A stretch of 64,000 nucleotides of DNA, taken from the NCBI GenBank assembly GCA_041743505.1, contig JBGTMQ010000003.1:89148-153147 (forward strand), in the 5' to 3' direction. Origin of the DNA: Candidatus Saccharimonadia bacterium (GTDB taxonomy: Bacteria > Patescibacteriota > Saccharimonadia > UBA4664). Made by a program: the position numbers and the translations under genes. Positions 38,535-48,627 of this stretch are shown here, piece after piece. The notes under the pieces are model-generated. The model saw only the letters and a list, made by a program, of their open reading frames with translations. It was not told where the DNA came from and made no database searches. Position 1 is the stretch's first letter. Each line of letters begins with the position of its first letter.

Positions 38535-39209
38535 TTAAATTCTGCCACGGCCCAGATATTTGCGGGTACTTCTGGTGCCAATATACTCACCAAACGTCAC
38601 ATCGCTATGAGCCAGCGGCTTCTCGTGCTGCCCATCGATGATAACAATCTTTTTGGCCTCCAGCACATTTGTCACGAACCGGTCATTAAGGCTCAACCGG
38701 TACTGGTACTCGTCCGGTGTCAGCGATGAATAGTTAAGCTCACGGCCGCCTTCCTTCTCCATCTCCGCCACCACTTTGGCCAGCCGGGCTTTATTGACAT
38801 CACCCACCACAAAAATGTCTATGGCCGTACGTGTATCATTAGTGAAAGAGCCGGTCAGAAACGCAAACTGCACCGCACCCGTCGAACGAATCTTCTTGAT
38901 AATCTGATCCTCTTCACGTGTTTCTTTCAGTACCGGATCAGCACTCTTGACCGGCATGGTCGTAAAGATACTCCGCAATTGCTCATAGTATTCGTACTTG
39001 GCATTCACCTCGTAATACAACCGGTTATTTGATCCCTCAGAACTGATAATCCCAATGCTTAATAAATTTGCCAATTCTCGCCGCACCGAATTTATTTGCT
39101 CATCGATCTTGCGGGTAATTTCGCGCACATAAAAAGGCCGGCCAGGATTATTAAAAAATAAGCTCAACAGCTTGACCCGTGTTTTTGAACCAAACAATTG
39201 CTCGACCAT
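38535..39209 (-). CDS. CPR-type winged-HTH / nucleotidyltransferase-like protein
   Basis: LFGSKTRVKLL, YVREITR...EQINSVRREL, TGSF...IDIFVVG. Confidence 0.8.
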   Translation of the reverse strand: MVEQLFGSKTRVKLLSLFFNNPGRPFYVREITRKIDEQINSVRRELANLLSIGIISSEGSNNRLYYEVNAKYEYYEQLRSIFTTMPVKSADPVLKETREEDQIIKKIRSTGAVQFAFLTGSFTNDTRTAIDIFVVGDVNKARLAKVVAEMEKEGGRELNYSSLTPDEYQYRLSLNDRFVTNVLEAKKIVIIDGQHEKPLAHSDVTFGEYIGTRSTRKYLGRGRI

Positions 39210-39314
39210 GATCACTCCATAGGCAGCTTGCCGCTGCATTCCTGTCCGCATTATACCAAAACAATCTGTCAACAACTACTCTCTAGGCACCCGGCACATG
39301 ACGACCTAATTGGT

Positions 39315-40682
39315 TCAGAGCACCAGGCTAACGAGTAAGGCTATCGCCGCTGCCGTCATGAACACCCAGGCCGACCACACGCCAAGCCGGCTCCAGAACC
39401 CGCTGCGATACTCACCCATAATGTCAGTCCGTGAGACAATCAGCGCTACCAAAAATATTAGTGGCACAGCCGCAATACCATTCAGTACTGCCGTAAACAC
39501 CAGAGCCTTGATCGGGTCCAAGCCGGCAAAGTTCATCGCTAGCCCCGCCAGTGTCGACACAATGATAACCAAATAAAACGCCCTGGCCGCTTTAAACTTT
39601 CTGAATAAGCCCTCGCGCCAATTGAAGGCCTCTGAGATAGCGTATGCTGACGAGCCGGCCAGAATCGGGACACTTAATAACCCGATGCCAATAATACCAA
39701 TCGAAAAGACAAACTTAGCCCAGAACCCGGCATTCGGAAACCCTTGTACCAGTGGTTCCAGCGCCTTGGCAGCATCTGCAGCGGAATTTATAGTATGGAT
39801 TCCGCCGTTATGTAACACTACTGCGCCAACCAGAATAATAAACCAGGCCGTCACATTCGAAAACAGCATGCCAAAAGCATTATCCAGCCGCAGATCCTTC
39901 AGATACTGTTTGCTAATCCGCGGGACACCACCACGCTGAGCCAGCCGGTGAGCCGCAATCTCATCCTCCACCACCTCGCTTGTTTGCCAAAAGAACAGAT
40001 ACGGCGAGATCGTCGTACCCAAAATTGCCACAAATATGTACAAATACTCGGTCGTAAACTCAATATGCGGTATAAATGTCGCCTTTATCACCTCTATCCA
40101 CGGCATATTAACCATAAAAGCGGTAATGAAGTAGGCGAACAACGTTAGCGCCAGCCACTTGAGCAGCTTAACGTATGACTTGTAGGTCACAAACACCTCG
40201 AGCAGAATAATCAGCACCGCAAAGCCGACGGCCAGCAGCGCAAATGGCGCACCCGGCACCAGCAGCTGTGTCGAAGCAGCCATAGCCCCGAGGTTAGCCC
40301 CGATATTGAACGTGTTAGCCACCACAACCAAAAACACCATTGGTAGTAGCAGCCAACGCGGATAATTATCGCGTATGACGGCCGCCAAACCCTTGCCGGT
40401 AATAGCTCCTATTCGCATACAGGCCTCTTGCACAGCGGTCATCAGCGGATAAGTCACCAGCATCAGCCAGGGTGTCGCCAAACCAAACTGAGCACCGGCC
40501 TGCGAATACGTCGCAATGCCGGAGGGATCATCATCAGCCGCTCCAGTAATGACGCCCGGACCGAGAACACGCAAAAAACGGCCGAAGCCTTTTTGATTGG
40601 ACCGGCGCCGCGAACCATCCGGCGCCCGGGTTGCCTCCAACTCGGCTTCAGTAATAGCCTCGTCGGGGAGTAAAACTGCCAT
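39315..40682 (-). CDS. NRAMP family divalent metal transporter
   Basis: LGPG.ITGAADDDPSGIATYSQAGA, LGTTISPYLFFWQ. Confidence 0.92.
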   Translation of the reverse strand: MAVLLPDEAITEAELEATRAPDGSRRRSNQKGFGRFLRVLGPGVITGAADDDPSGIATYSQAGAQFGLATPWLMLVTYPLMTAVQEACMRIGAITGKGLAAVIRDNYPRWLLLPMVFLVVVANTFNIGANLGAMAASTQLLVPGAPFALLAVGFAVLIILLEVFVTYKSYVKLLKWLALTLFAYFITAFMVNMPWIEVIKATFIPHIEFTTEYLYIFVAILGTTISPYLFFWQTSEVVEDEIAAHRLAQRGGVPRISKQYLKDLRLDNAFGMLFSNVTAWFIILVGAVVLHNGGIHTINSAADAAKALEPLVQGFPNAGFWAKFVFSIGIIGIGLLSVPILAGSSAYAISEAFNWREGLFRKFKAARAFYLVIIVSTLAGLAMNFAGLDPIKALVFTAVLNGIAAVPLIFLVALIVSRTDIMGEYRSGFWSRLGVWSAWVFMTAAAIALLVSLVL

Positions 40683-40795
40683 GGTACAAGCATAAGCATC
40701 ATCTGCACATCTTGTCTAGACCACCAGATATAACCCCATTGACTTTGCCCAAAAATATGCTATTAATGAAATATCCGGATGGGAACTCCACCAAC

Positions 40796-41011
40796 ATGTC
40801 CAGAAAGGCTTTTGATATGCCCCAGCCAAAGTTTAAGGCTCCGGACCCCACAACGGTTATTGGCATCGTACTTGTAAGTGCTCTCTTTCTCTGGATTATT
40901 GGCTGGGCAATCCTGGCCAGCTCCACGACGGATAGCGGCCCAGGCGACCAGCAACCGCCATCTCAACCCCCGGTTACCTCCAGTATACCGTCGCCGCCAA
41001 TGCCAATCTGA
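40796..41011 (+). CDS. small membrane protein, Pro-rich tail
   Basis: One TM helix; TTGACT promoter, downstream hairpin 41049-41078. Confidence 0.55.
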   Translation: MSRKAFDMPQPKFKAPDPTTVIGIVLVSALFLWIIGWAILASSTTDSGPGDQQPPSQPPVTSSIPSPPMPI

Positions 41012-41102
41012 CCACGCAGCCTCGGGTTGCAGACCATACCAACCAATTATGGCCGGTCCCCTATCCGGGGCCGGCCATAGTCATGCTTGCTTCGCCTCAA
41101 CC

Positions 41103-41849
41103 TCAGCGCAATTCCACATATTGTGCAAACCGTGCCTCCGGCACTCCCTCCCGGCCGGCCTGAACATGCGAGTAAAACTCTGTTGATGAATACGTATCAA
41201 TAGCCGAATCCTCAATGTGCTTGGGCCTCAGCCCCGCCAGCCGCAGCTGCTCCAAATTGTAGCCCCGCACATTCACCGAATACTTCCCCTCACCCACCGG
41301 CCGGACAAAATTACCCCAACCCGTCAACTGCTCCCGTATCCACTCGTCAAAGACGTAGTATTCCATCCCAATACTAGGCCCCAGATAGGCCAATAGTTCA
41401 TCAGACTGCGAGCCGTATTGTTGCTCCAAATAGGTCACCGACTTAGCCACCAACTGTAAATGCGTGCTTTTACGACTACAATGCGCCAGCGCAATCACCC
41501 GGTTTCGCGGATCATATAACGTAATGCCCTGACAATCAGCTATTGGTAGAAACAAGCCCACGCCCGGAGTTTTTGTGACGAGAGTATCGGCCCGCAATGG
41601 CAGCTTGCCAGTCATGCCAATACCTCGAAAGCTCTCATCCACATCCACGATCACATCACGATCCAGAAGCCTAAACAACACACCGTAACCAACCTCAGTA
41701 CCGAGATCACGGGCAAAAATCCGTCGACGGCCAGCCACAACCCCAGCCTCATCAAACCGGTAATCAATATTACCCGCAGCAGTAGTAGACACACCCTCAA
41801 TCAGCTTGCCCGTAGCCGCTAAAAATTGACTATGAATCAACCGCTTCAC
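41103..41849 (-). CDS. pgeF: YfiH/PgeF (laccase-domain) family protein
   Basis: AD.LVT..PG, IADC, AH, YLGPSI, FYSH. Confidence 0.8.
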   Translation of the reverse strand: MKRLIHSQFLAATGKLIEGVSTTAAGNIDYRFDEAGVVAGRRRIFARDLGTEVGYGVLFRLLDRDVIVDVDESFRGIGMTGKLPLRADTLVTKTPGVGLFLPIADCQGITLYDPRNRVIALAHCSRKSTHLQLVAKSVTYLEQQYGSQSDELLAYLGPSIGMEYYVFDEWIREQLTGWGNFVRPVGEGKYSVNVRGYNLEQLRLAGLRPKHIEDSAIDTYSSTEFYSHVQAGREGVPEARFAQYVELR

Positions 41850-42565
41850 TGTGGCCTCTCCGCAGCCACTTTAGCCGCCGCATGCTCTATCCGGTCATCC
41901 AGCGGGGCCAGCTCACCTACCCTATACCGCCGCTTCAATGCAGCCAAGATCAAATGATCAGCCAGGACCGGGTTCTTCGGTAGCACTGGCCCGTGCAAGT
42001 ACGTACCAATAACATTACCCGTCACCGCACCTTCGCGCTTATTTTTTGCATTGTTGCCATAACCCTTACGGACCCGCCCCAGCGGTTCCTGTCCGGGTTC
42101 CAGGATAGTCTGGCCGGAATGGTTCTCAAAGCCCACCAGCCGGCCAAATGGGCTGTCTACGACCATGTTACCGATCATACGTGCACCAGACCCGATCGTA
42201 CTAGCCCGAAATACGCTGATACCCGGAATCTCCCGGCCGTCCAGCGTGGTAAACCCACGGCCAAACAATTGATAAGTGCCGCAAATCACCAACATCGGCA
42301 CGCCGTCGGCTGCCAGCTGCCGCAATTCTTCACCATGCGACAACAAATCGGCCCCCATGTGCAGCTGGCCGGAGTCCTGTCCCCCACCCCCAAACACGAT
42401 GTCCGCCTTATTCCAATCAAACGCCTCGCCTATCTCCAACGGCCTCACCTCAGCCTCATATCCACGCCATTCCAGCCGCCGCACCAGCGCCAAAACGTTA
42501 CCCAGGTCACCATAAATATTCATCTCCCGCGGATACAGGTGCGCGATCACGAGTTTACGGCTCAT
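41846..42565 (-). CDS. gatD: lipid II isoglutaminyl synthase glutaminase subunit
   Basis: HLYP..MN.YGD.GN, GGGQD, ICGTYQ, GFENHSG, YLHGP.LPKNP. Confidence 0.92.
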   Translation of the reverse strand: MSRKLVIAHLYPREMNIYGDLGNVLALVRRLEWRGYEAEVRPLEIGEAFDWNKADIVFGGGGQDSGQLHMGADLLSHGEELRQLAADGVPMLVICGTYQLFGRGFTTLDGREIPGISVFRASTIGSGARMIGNMVVDSPFGRLVGFENHSGQTILEPGQEPLGRVRKGYGNNAKNKREGAVTGNVIGTYLHGPVLPKNPVLADHLILAALKRRYRVGELAPLDDRIEHAAAKVAAERPQ

Positions 42566-43932
42566 CTCCAGACCTCCTCTAGCTTGGTCCGTGTGGCCAA
42601 ATGCTTGCGCAGCTCCAACATCGCCGTGTAAGTCGGCAAAATAAAGGCCGTTCCGCCTTCTGGCGTCTGCTTTACCAGCTCATCAACTCCCCGCGCCACC
42701 GAATCTACTACCTTCGAAGCAATGCCCGCATAATGCAGCCGCAACGCCATATCTGTCCCGCGAATACCCGCCGACCATACCTTCGCATCCGTCGGTTCCA
42801 GCAATTCCAACGGCACGTCCCACAGCCACGACACGTCCCGGCCATCGGCAAAATTATCATTAATGATCATCAATACGTGAGGCGCCTTTTGACTTAACAA
42901 AAACGTTTCTAGAACCTGCGTAAACCCGGCCGGATTCTTTATCAACAATAAATACAGCGTCCGGCCCTCTACCGTCACCTTCTCCACCCGGCCGAACGCC
43001 GCTACCGTCGTACCAAGCGTCCGCTCCACAACCTCCAGATTCAGCCCCAAACCCGCCGCCAGCGCCAGCGCTCCCAGAGCGTTGTACAAGTTGTACGTTC
43101 CGGGTATCGGCAAGTTCATGGGATAACGCTTACCCTGAATAGCTACCGTAAACCGCGATCCTGCCAGGTCCGACTGCTCCACGCTCGTCACCGCAACATG
43201 CGGCTGCGGCCGGTCAAAATCACCTTTGGGACACCGATAATGACCGATATGACTATAAAATGTTCGGCTAAAGTTCAGCCGGCTCCCGCAATTCGGACAC
43301 CGGTCAGAATCCGTCGCAGTCGTGTACGCGGTAGCCGCCGTAGACGGCAGCCCCTCAACACCAAAATAACTAACCCGCTCCGGCGTAGCATACTTTGCCA
43401 AACTCGCCACCAGCGGATCATCGGCATTGAGATACAAATGCGCGCCCGTAGCAGCAATCCCCTGCCCAATCAGTGCCGCAGTAGTATCAAGCTCGCCATA
43501 GCGGTCAAGCTGGTCCCGAAACAAATTGGTCACCACAATCTGCCGCGGCTGCAGCTCAGGCGCCACCTGGCGCAAGCTGGCCTCATCCACCTCAAACAAA
43601 CCAATAGTGGCCTTAGTCCGCCCATGCATATCCACATCCGCCAGCAATGCCGACACCACCCCCCGCTTCAAATTTGACCCGGCACGGTTAGTGAGCACTC
43701 GCTCACCGCTGGCCGTAAGCATCGCTGCAATCATCTTAGTCGTCGTCGTTTTTCCGTTTGTGCCGGTTACCAAAATAACGCCTTTAGGCAAACTAGCCGC
43801 CAGCTTCCGGCCCAAATGCCGGTCAAGCTTCTCCGCAATCAAACCCGGCAGCGCTGTCCCGCCACCCCGGCCCAAGCCCCGACTGAGCTTGAGTGCGGTC
43901 TTCGTGATAGCAAGCGTTAAAGCAATCGGCAT
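42562..43932 (-). CDS. murT: lipid II isoglutaminyl synthase Mur-ligase subunit
   Basis: GGT.LPG, GTNGKTTT, NLFRDQLDRYGE, Cys zinc finger, KNPAG, ADGRDVSWLWD, TYTAML. Confidence 0.93.
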   Translation of the reverse strand: MPIALTLAITKTALKLSRGLGRGGGTALPGLIAEKLDRHLGRKLAASLPKGVILVTGTNGKTTTTKMIAAMLTASGERVLTNRAGSNLKRGVVSALLADVDMHGRTKATIGLFEVDEASLRQVAPELQPRQIVVTNLFRDQLDRYGELDTTAALIGQGIAATGAHLYLNADDPLVASLAKYATPERVSYFGVEGLPSTAATAYTTATDSDRCPNCGSRLNFSRTFYSHIGHYRCPKGDFDRPQPHVAVTSVEQSDLAGSRFTVAIQGKRYPMNLPIPGTYNLYNALGALALAAGLGLNLEVVERTLGTTVAAFGRVEKVTVEGRTLYLLLIKNPAGFTQVLETFLLSQKAPHVLMIINDNFADGRDVSWLWDVPLELLEPTDAKVWSAGIRGTDMALRLHYAGIASKVVDSVARGVDELVKQTPEGGTAFILPTYTAMLELRKHLATRTKLEEVWR

Positions 43933-44075
43933 AATACGTAAATTATAGCTTAGTTTTTGCTACTCCGGCCGAGGGAAGGACCACATCCCTCCTTCGACTA
44001 TGTAGTCAAACTACATACTAAGTTTCGCTACATACCCAGCCAATAGAAATAATGTCAGCCGTCAGCCCGCTCAAT

Positions 44076-44951
44076 TTAGGCCAGAAATCTCTCTACCAGC
44101 ACCCGCGCCTCACCCACATCCTCCAGCCACCGAATCGCCTTATTCCGCCTAAACCACGTCAGCTGTTTCTTGACCAGCATCATCTCTCCACGCACGTCAT
44201 CAGCCACCCCCTGCTCCACTGTTTTAGCACCTAAAACCACGTCCTTAAATGCCCGGTAACCCACTGCACTCATGGCTTCTGGGTCCCATCCATAAGTCGA
44301 ACCCATTTTCTGAACCTCTTCCAAAAAGCCTTCCGCAAGCATCTTTTGAACCCTTTTCTCAATTCTGCCTTGAACAATATTTTTATTCAATCCCAACCCG
44401 ATGATCAAAGTATTAGCTCGCACCGCATCTTGTCTATCCCGGCCATGTCCCGCCGTCTCAATCGCCCGGATCACCCGCCGCCGGTTGGCCAAATCAATTC
44501 GCCGGGACTCCACCGAATCCTCGGCAACTAGCAGCTCCAACAGCTCGTCATCACCCATCGCCTCCAACCGCCGCCGCAACTCCGGATCAGTCTGCGCCGG
44601 AAACTGGTAATCAAACAACACCGCATCAATATACAATCCACTGCCACCAACCAAAAACGGCACCTTACCCCGAGCCGCTATGTCCTCAATTGCCGACTCC
44701 GCTAGCGCCTTGAACGCTGCCACGCTCAATACCTCACCGGGATCAACCACATCCAGCATGTGATGCTGCACTCTCGCTCGCTCTTCTGTTGTGGGTTTCG
44801 CCGTCCCGATATCCATACCGCGGTAAATTGTCCGCGAATCCGCACACACAATCTCGCCACCAAATTCTTCTGCCAAATTCAGTGCCAAATCAGTTTTTCC
44901 GCTTGCCGTAGGCCCAACTATGGTAATAAGTTTTATTTTCGAATCAATCAT
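44076..44951 (-). CDS. miaA: tRNA dimethylallyltransferase
   Basis: GPTASGKT, DSR.IYRGMDIGTAKP, VGGSGLY, KKQLTW. Confidence 0.95.
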   Translation of the reverse strand: MIDSKIKLITIVGPTASGKTDLALNLAEEFGGEIVCADSRTIYRGMDIGTAKPTTEERARVQHHMLDVVDPGEVLSVAAFKALAESAIEDIAARGKVPFLVGGSGLYIDAVLFDYQFPAQTDPELRRRLEAMGDDELLELLVAEDSVESRRIDLANRRRVIRAIETAGHGRDRQDAVRANTLIIGLGLNKNIVQGRIEKRVQKMLAEGFLEEVQKMGSTYGWDPEAMSAVGYRAFKDVVLGAKTVEQGVADDVRGEMMLVKKQLTWFRRNKAIRWLEDVGEARVLVERFLA

Positions 44952-44965
44952 TGTTGTAAATTATC

Positions 44966-45313
44966 CTACAATAAAGTCTGTTGAGCCGGCTCATCTCCCG
45001 GCGGCCACCACAATAGAGCAGCTATATCCACTTTATCTTCAGCATCAACCACCACACCCTCAACCTCCAGCCGGCGGGCGTGCTCGGTCCGCCCGCCTGG
45101 AAACGCACTAGCCAATCCTCCGCTCTTATTCACCACCCGGTGCCATGGCAACTCTTCCGGGCCATAATGGGCAATCCCGCCGACCATCCGGGCCGCCCGC
45201 GGACTACCGCACAATGCCGCCAACTGCCCATACGTCATCACCCGTCCGGTTGGTATCTGCGCCACATAGGCATAAATTAGTTCTGAAAAATTATCTGGCA
45301 CTTCAGGATTCAT
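44966..45313 (-). CDS. alkyltransferase-like protein (ATL/YbaZ)
   Basis: IP.G.V.TYG, ARMVG, PWHRVV (Trp replaces MGMT Cys). Confidence 0.88.
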   Translation of the reverse strand: MNPEVPDNFSELIYAYVAQIPTGRVMTYGQLAALCGSPRAARMVGGIAHYGPEELPWHRVVNKSGGLASAFPGGRTEHARRLEVEGVVVDAEDKVDIAALLWWPPGDEPAQQTLL

Positions 45314-45443
45314 AGCTAGACCTTAAAGGGTTGGCTCGCAAAAGACCAGCCCTCGCATATTTGGGGTATGACAATGGGCCGGTCAAAAGACAACCGGCCC
45401 ATAATAATCGAAAATAACCCACAGCTTCAAACGCATCCTCAGA

Positions 45444-46274
45444 TCAGCTTGCTGTATGTAAATTCTCCAACACCCTCAACCGCCAGACCCCATCACTAAA
45501 GGGCTCCATCCGGCCGTCCACATCATGCTTGGGTGCAAAAATCCGGCGCTGCTCCCATTCTTGCTTTTCAAGCCCGGCGTCAGGATCAACCACCCGAATG
45601 CCATGATTAAGCCGCACGCCACCCGGACCGTTGTCCTCGTCTTCTGAAGTCCCATACGCAATTATGCACTCACCAGCCTCCAGCACTACACCAATATGAG
45701 GTCCGTTCTGGCTCGTCATACTAATCAAGTCACCCGGCCTCACATCCTTGGCAGCCCGTACCGGCTTCACATTCAGCGTATGAATCAGCCGGCTAACTCC
45801 CACCCAAGTAGCCGGCGATTTATGCAGCATTTTACACATATCAGCCAACACCAGGTTACCTGGGCAAAGATCGGCACCATAGAATGACTTGAGCTCAGGA
45901 TAATGCAAAATGAGCTGCTTTATCTCGTCTTCAGACACCCAGAGATACCTAGCCAAACTTCGCCGCTTCATCTGAAATCAAAAGCGGTTGAGCACCTGGT
46001 AGACGAATCCTGAACAATCAACGCCAAGCCCAGCTTGCTTGAGCAAAACCCTGATCTCCTCAGGGTCAGACGACTGCTGTGGCAACCTCGCAAGATAGCG
46101 GCGGGCCACGGTCTGGATCTGAGCGGCCCCACCTTTACCGCGATAAGGCGCGTTCTTCCAGTAAGGCGGTTCATCCCAATTGATCCAGTACGGGGCCCAA
46201 ACCTTAACACCACCAAGGTCTAGCTTATATTCAGTTGCAAAATCACGAATCGTACGGAGCCGCCGATCAGACAT
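45444..46274 (-). pseudogene. NlpC/P60-like peptidase gene interrupted by one in-frame TGA
   Basis: GVDCSGFV in upstream ORF; GDLI....HIGVV in downstream ORF; junction TTT TGA TTT CAG ATG is in frame. Confidence 0.7.
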
Positions 46275-46319
46275 GTGAACTCCTTGCTTTCACCGGGCAA
46301 CCATCCACGGACAACGCTA

Positions 46320-48167
46320 TTATAGTACGCTCTTCGGTGCCCGTTCACTCACCTCGCGCTCCAGCGCCGCTGCAAAGTCTTCCACACTCAATCCGCCCGC
46401 AAATTCACCGTGGCCCTGACGCAACCGCGGACTCACCTGCCCACTCTCCCGCTCCTTCTCACCGATCACCAGCGTGTACGGTACCTTGGCCAGACCCGCC
46501 GCCCGGATCTTCTTGCCCACACTCTCTGCACTGGCATCAACCGACACCCGCAGACCCAGAGTCTCAAACTCACTCCGCAATTGCTCGGTATAAGCAATAA
46601 TCTCCTCGGTGTCATTGATCGGCGCCAGCCTCACCTGCTCCGGCGCCAGCCACAACGGAAACGCCCCGGCAGTCTGCTCAATCAGCTGCACCAAAAACCG
46701 CTCAATCGAGCCCATCACAGCGCAGTGCATCATCACAATCCGCTCCCGCTCCCCGGCCTCACTGGTGCAGGTCAGATCAAGTCCCTCCGGCTGGCCAAAA
46801 TCAAGCTGGATTGTCGCCGCCTGAAACTCCCGGCCAAACACATCCCGCGCCATAAAATCAATCTTCGGCCCATAAAATGCCGCCTCACCCAACCCATCCA
46901 TATACTCCACGCCCTTGGCCTCAATCACAGCCTTAATCTGCTTTTCTGCCGCTTGCCACTGCTCCTTCGAGCCGCTATATGCTTCCATATGGTCAGGATC
47001 ATGCCGGCTAAACCGGATCTTCAGCTCATTACCAAACGTCTTGTTAAACGCCTCAACCACATTCCACAACCGGTCAATCTCGCCCTCCACCTGCTGCGCC
47101 CGGGCAAACACATGCGCGTCGTCCTGCGTAATCGAGCGCACCCGGGTCAACCCGCTCAGCTCCCCGCTCTGCTCATCCCGGTACACCATCGTCGTCTCCC
47201 GGTAGCGAATCGGCAGGTCCCGATAACTCCGCGGCTGCGAAGCATAGATCTGAGTGTGATGAGGGCAGCTCATCGGCTTCATGGCAAATAAATGTCCCTC
47301 ACGCGTCTTAATCTTAAATAGCTCTTCCGAAAATTTCTTCCAGTGACCACTCTTCTCGTACAAGTCTTTCTTAGTGATATGCGGAATCGTTACCGCCTGA
47401 AACCCGCCGCCAATCGTCTGCCGCAGTTCCTGCACGTAGTTATTCAATCCCTCTCGAATCACCGTTCCCCGAGGTGTATACAGCGGCAAGCCCCCACCCA
47501 CCAAATCCGAAAACACAAACAAGTCCATATCCCGGCCAATCTTCCGGTGATCGCGCTTCTCAGCCTCCGCCAATAGCTCTAAGTGCTTTTTTAGCTCGTC
47601 TTTTGTTGTAAATCCTACACCATATATGCGTTGCAACTGAGCGTTCTTTTCATCACCGCGCCAGTAGGCCCCAGATACACGCATCAATTTAAAAGCGCCC
47701 ACCTCCCCAGTCGACTCCACATGCGGACCCCGGCAAAGATCGGTAAACGGCCCGTCTGTGTAGATCGAAACCTCGTCCACTTTGGCGCTCGAACCCAATC
47801 CCAACTGGCTCCGGTCAATATCTTTGGCCACCGTTGTGCCATGTTTTTTCAAGTCATTCAGAAGATCCAACTTGTAGGTCTGGTCCCTAGCGTCAAAGTA
47901 ATTTATGGCTTCATCAAGCTCCATATTCGAGTGTTCAAATTTGTAGTTCGCCTTAATTACCTCGTGCATCTTTGACTCTATTTTGGCCAGATCTTCCTCA
48001 CCCAGTCGCTCCGGCACATCAACGTCATAGTAAAACCCGTTCTCCACCACCGGCCCAATGCCAAACTTTACTTTTGGGTATAATTGCTCGATCGCCGTGG
48101 CCATAATATGCGCCAGCGAGTGTCGCATGGCATATAATTGCTGGTCTTGATCGCCTAGCTTACTCAT
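46320..48167 (-). CDS. thrS: threonine--tRNA ligase
   Basis: RHSLAH, DLCRGPH, GAYWRG, RDHRKIG, KPMSCPHH, QDDAH, FYGPKID, GS.ERF. Confidence 0.97.
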   Translation of the reverse strand: MSKLGDQDQQLYAMRHSLAHIMATAIEQLYPKVKFGIGPVVENGFYYDVDVPERLGEEDLAKIESKMHEVIKANYKFEHSNMELDEAINYFDARDQTYKLDLLNDLKKHGTTVAKDIDRSQLGLGSSAKVDEVSIYTDGPFTDLCRGPHVESTGEVGAFKLMRVSGAYWRGDEKNAQLQRIYGVGFTTKDELKKHLELLAEAEKRDHRKIGRDMDLFVFSDLVGGGLPLYTPRGTVIREGLNNYVQELRQTIGGGFQAVTIPHITKKDLYEKSGHWKKFSEELFKIKTREGHLFAMKPMSCPHHTQIYASQPRSYRDLPIRYRETTMVYRDEQSGELSGLTRVRSITQDDAHVFARAQQVEGEIDRLWNVVEAFNKTFGNELKIRFSRHDPDHMEAYSGSKEQWQAAEKQIKAVIEAKGVEYMDGLGEAAFYGPKIDFMARDVFGREFQAATIQLDFGQPEGLDLTCTSEAGERERIVMMHCAVMGSIERFLVQLIEQTAGAFPLWLAPEQVRLAPINDTEEIIAYTEQLRSEFETLGLRVSVDASAESVGKKIRAAGLAKVPYTLVIGEKERESGQVSPRLRQGHGEFAGGLSVEDFAAALEREVSERAPKSVL

Positions 48168-48612
48168 GATGACCTCCATGGTGATGGTTTGACTGCTCTC
48201 CGTGCCCGTGCCCCTCTTGATGCTGGCCTGCCGCCAGCCCTCCATGCTGCGCTGAATTCAGCCGCGACCGCCCCGGATTCACATTCGAACGGGAGTCATC
48301 TGGGTCAGACGTTTGTACCTGCACATTATGCTCACCCACCCGCTGATACTCCCGGGCATCATTCTTATCCAACTTCCTCAAGATCTCCCGCTCCAAGTCC
48401 TCGACCCCGAGCATCTTGGCCAGACTCAACACAAACAACACCACGTCAGCCAATTCCTCGCCGGCGTCACCTTTTTGCTTACGATAGGATTCAAATACCT
48501 CCGCCAGCTCAGCATAGGTATAGTTGAACTCTCGCTCAACGTTAGTTGTATTAAAACCCTTAGCCACCTTATTGGCCCAAGCCCTATCCTGGATCTCTTT
48601 CAAATCAATCAT
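48160..48612 (-). CDS. MazG-like nucleotide pyrophosphohydrolase with His/Gly-rich tail
   Basis: ELAEV.E, EELADV, K..KN..R.Y; SD AAGGAG; stop overlaps thrS start. Confidence 0.8.
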   Translation of the reverse strand: MIDLKEIQDRAWANKVAKGFNTTNVEREFNYTYAELAEVFESYRKQKGDAGEELADVVLFVLSLAKMLGVEDLEREILRKLDKNDAREYQRVGEHNVQVQTSDPDDSRSNVNPGRSRLNSAQHGGLAAGQHQEGHGHGEQSNHHHGGHHE

Positions 48613-48627
48613 GATACTCCTTAAAAC

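Noticed and set aside
43960-44050. Short hairpins between miaA and murT
   Set aside because: Too short and unspecific to call beyond a possible terminator
1149-45980. Genetic code 25 (TGA=Gly) or selenocysteine suggested by two in-frame TGAs
   Set aside because: TGA is a true stop in ATGA/GTGA overlaps (murT/gatD, gatD/pgeF, NADAR/NTase, GT4 pair); long conserved genes have no internal TGA; no SECIS-like hairpin is evident after 45978
46410-47291. 293-aa + strand ORF and similar long antisense ORFs (e.g. 41993, 23858, 16569)
   Set aside because: Shadows of well-supported minus-strand genes, produced by codon bias
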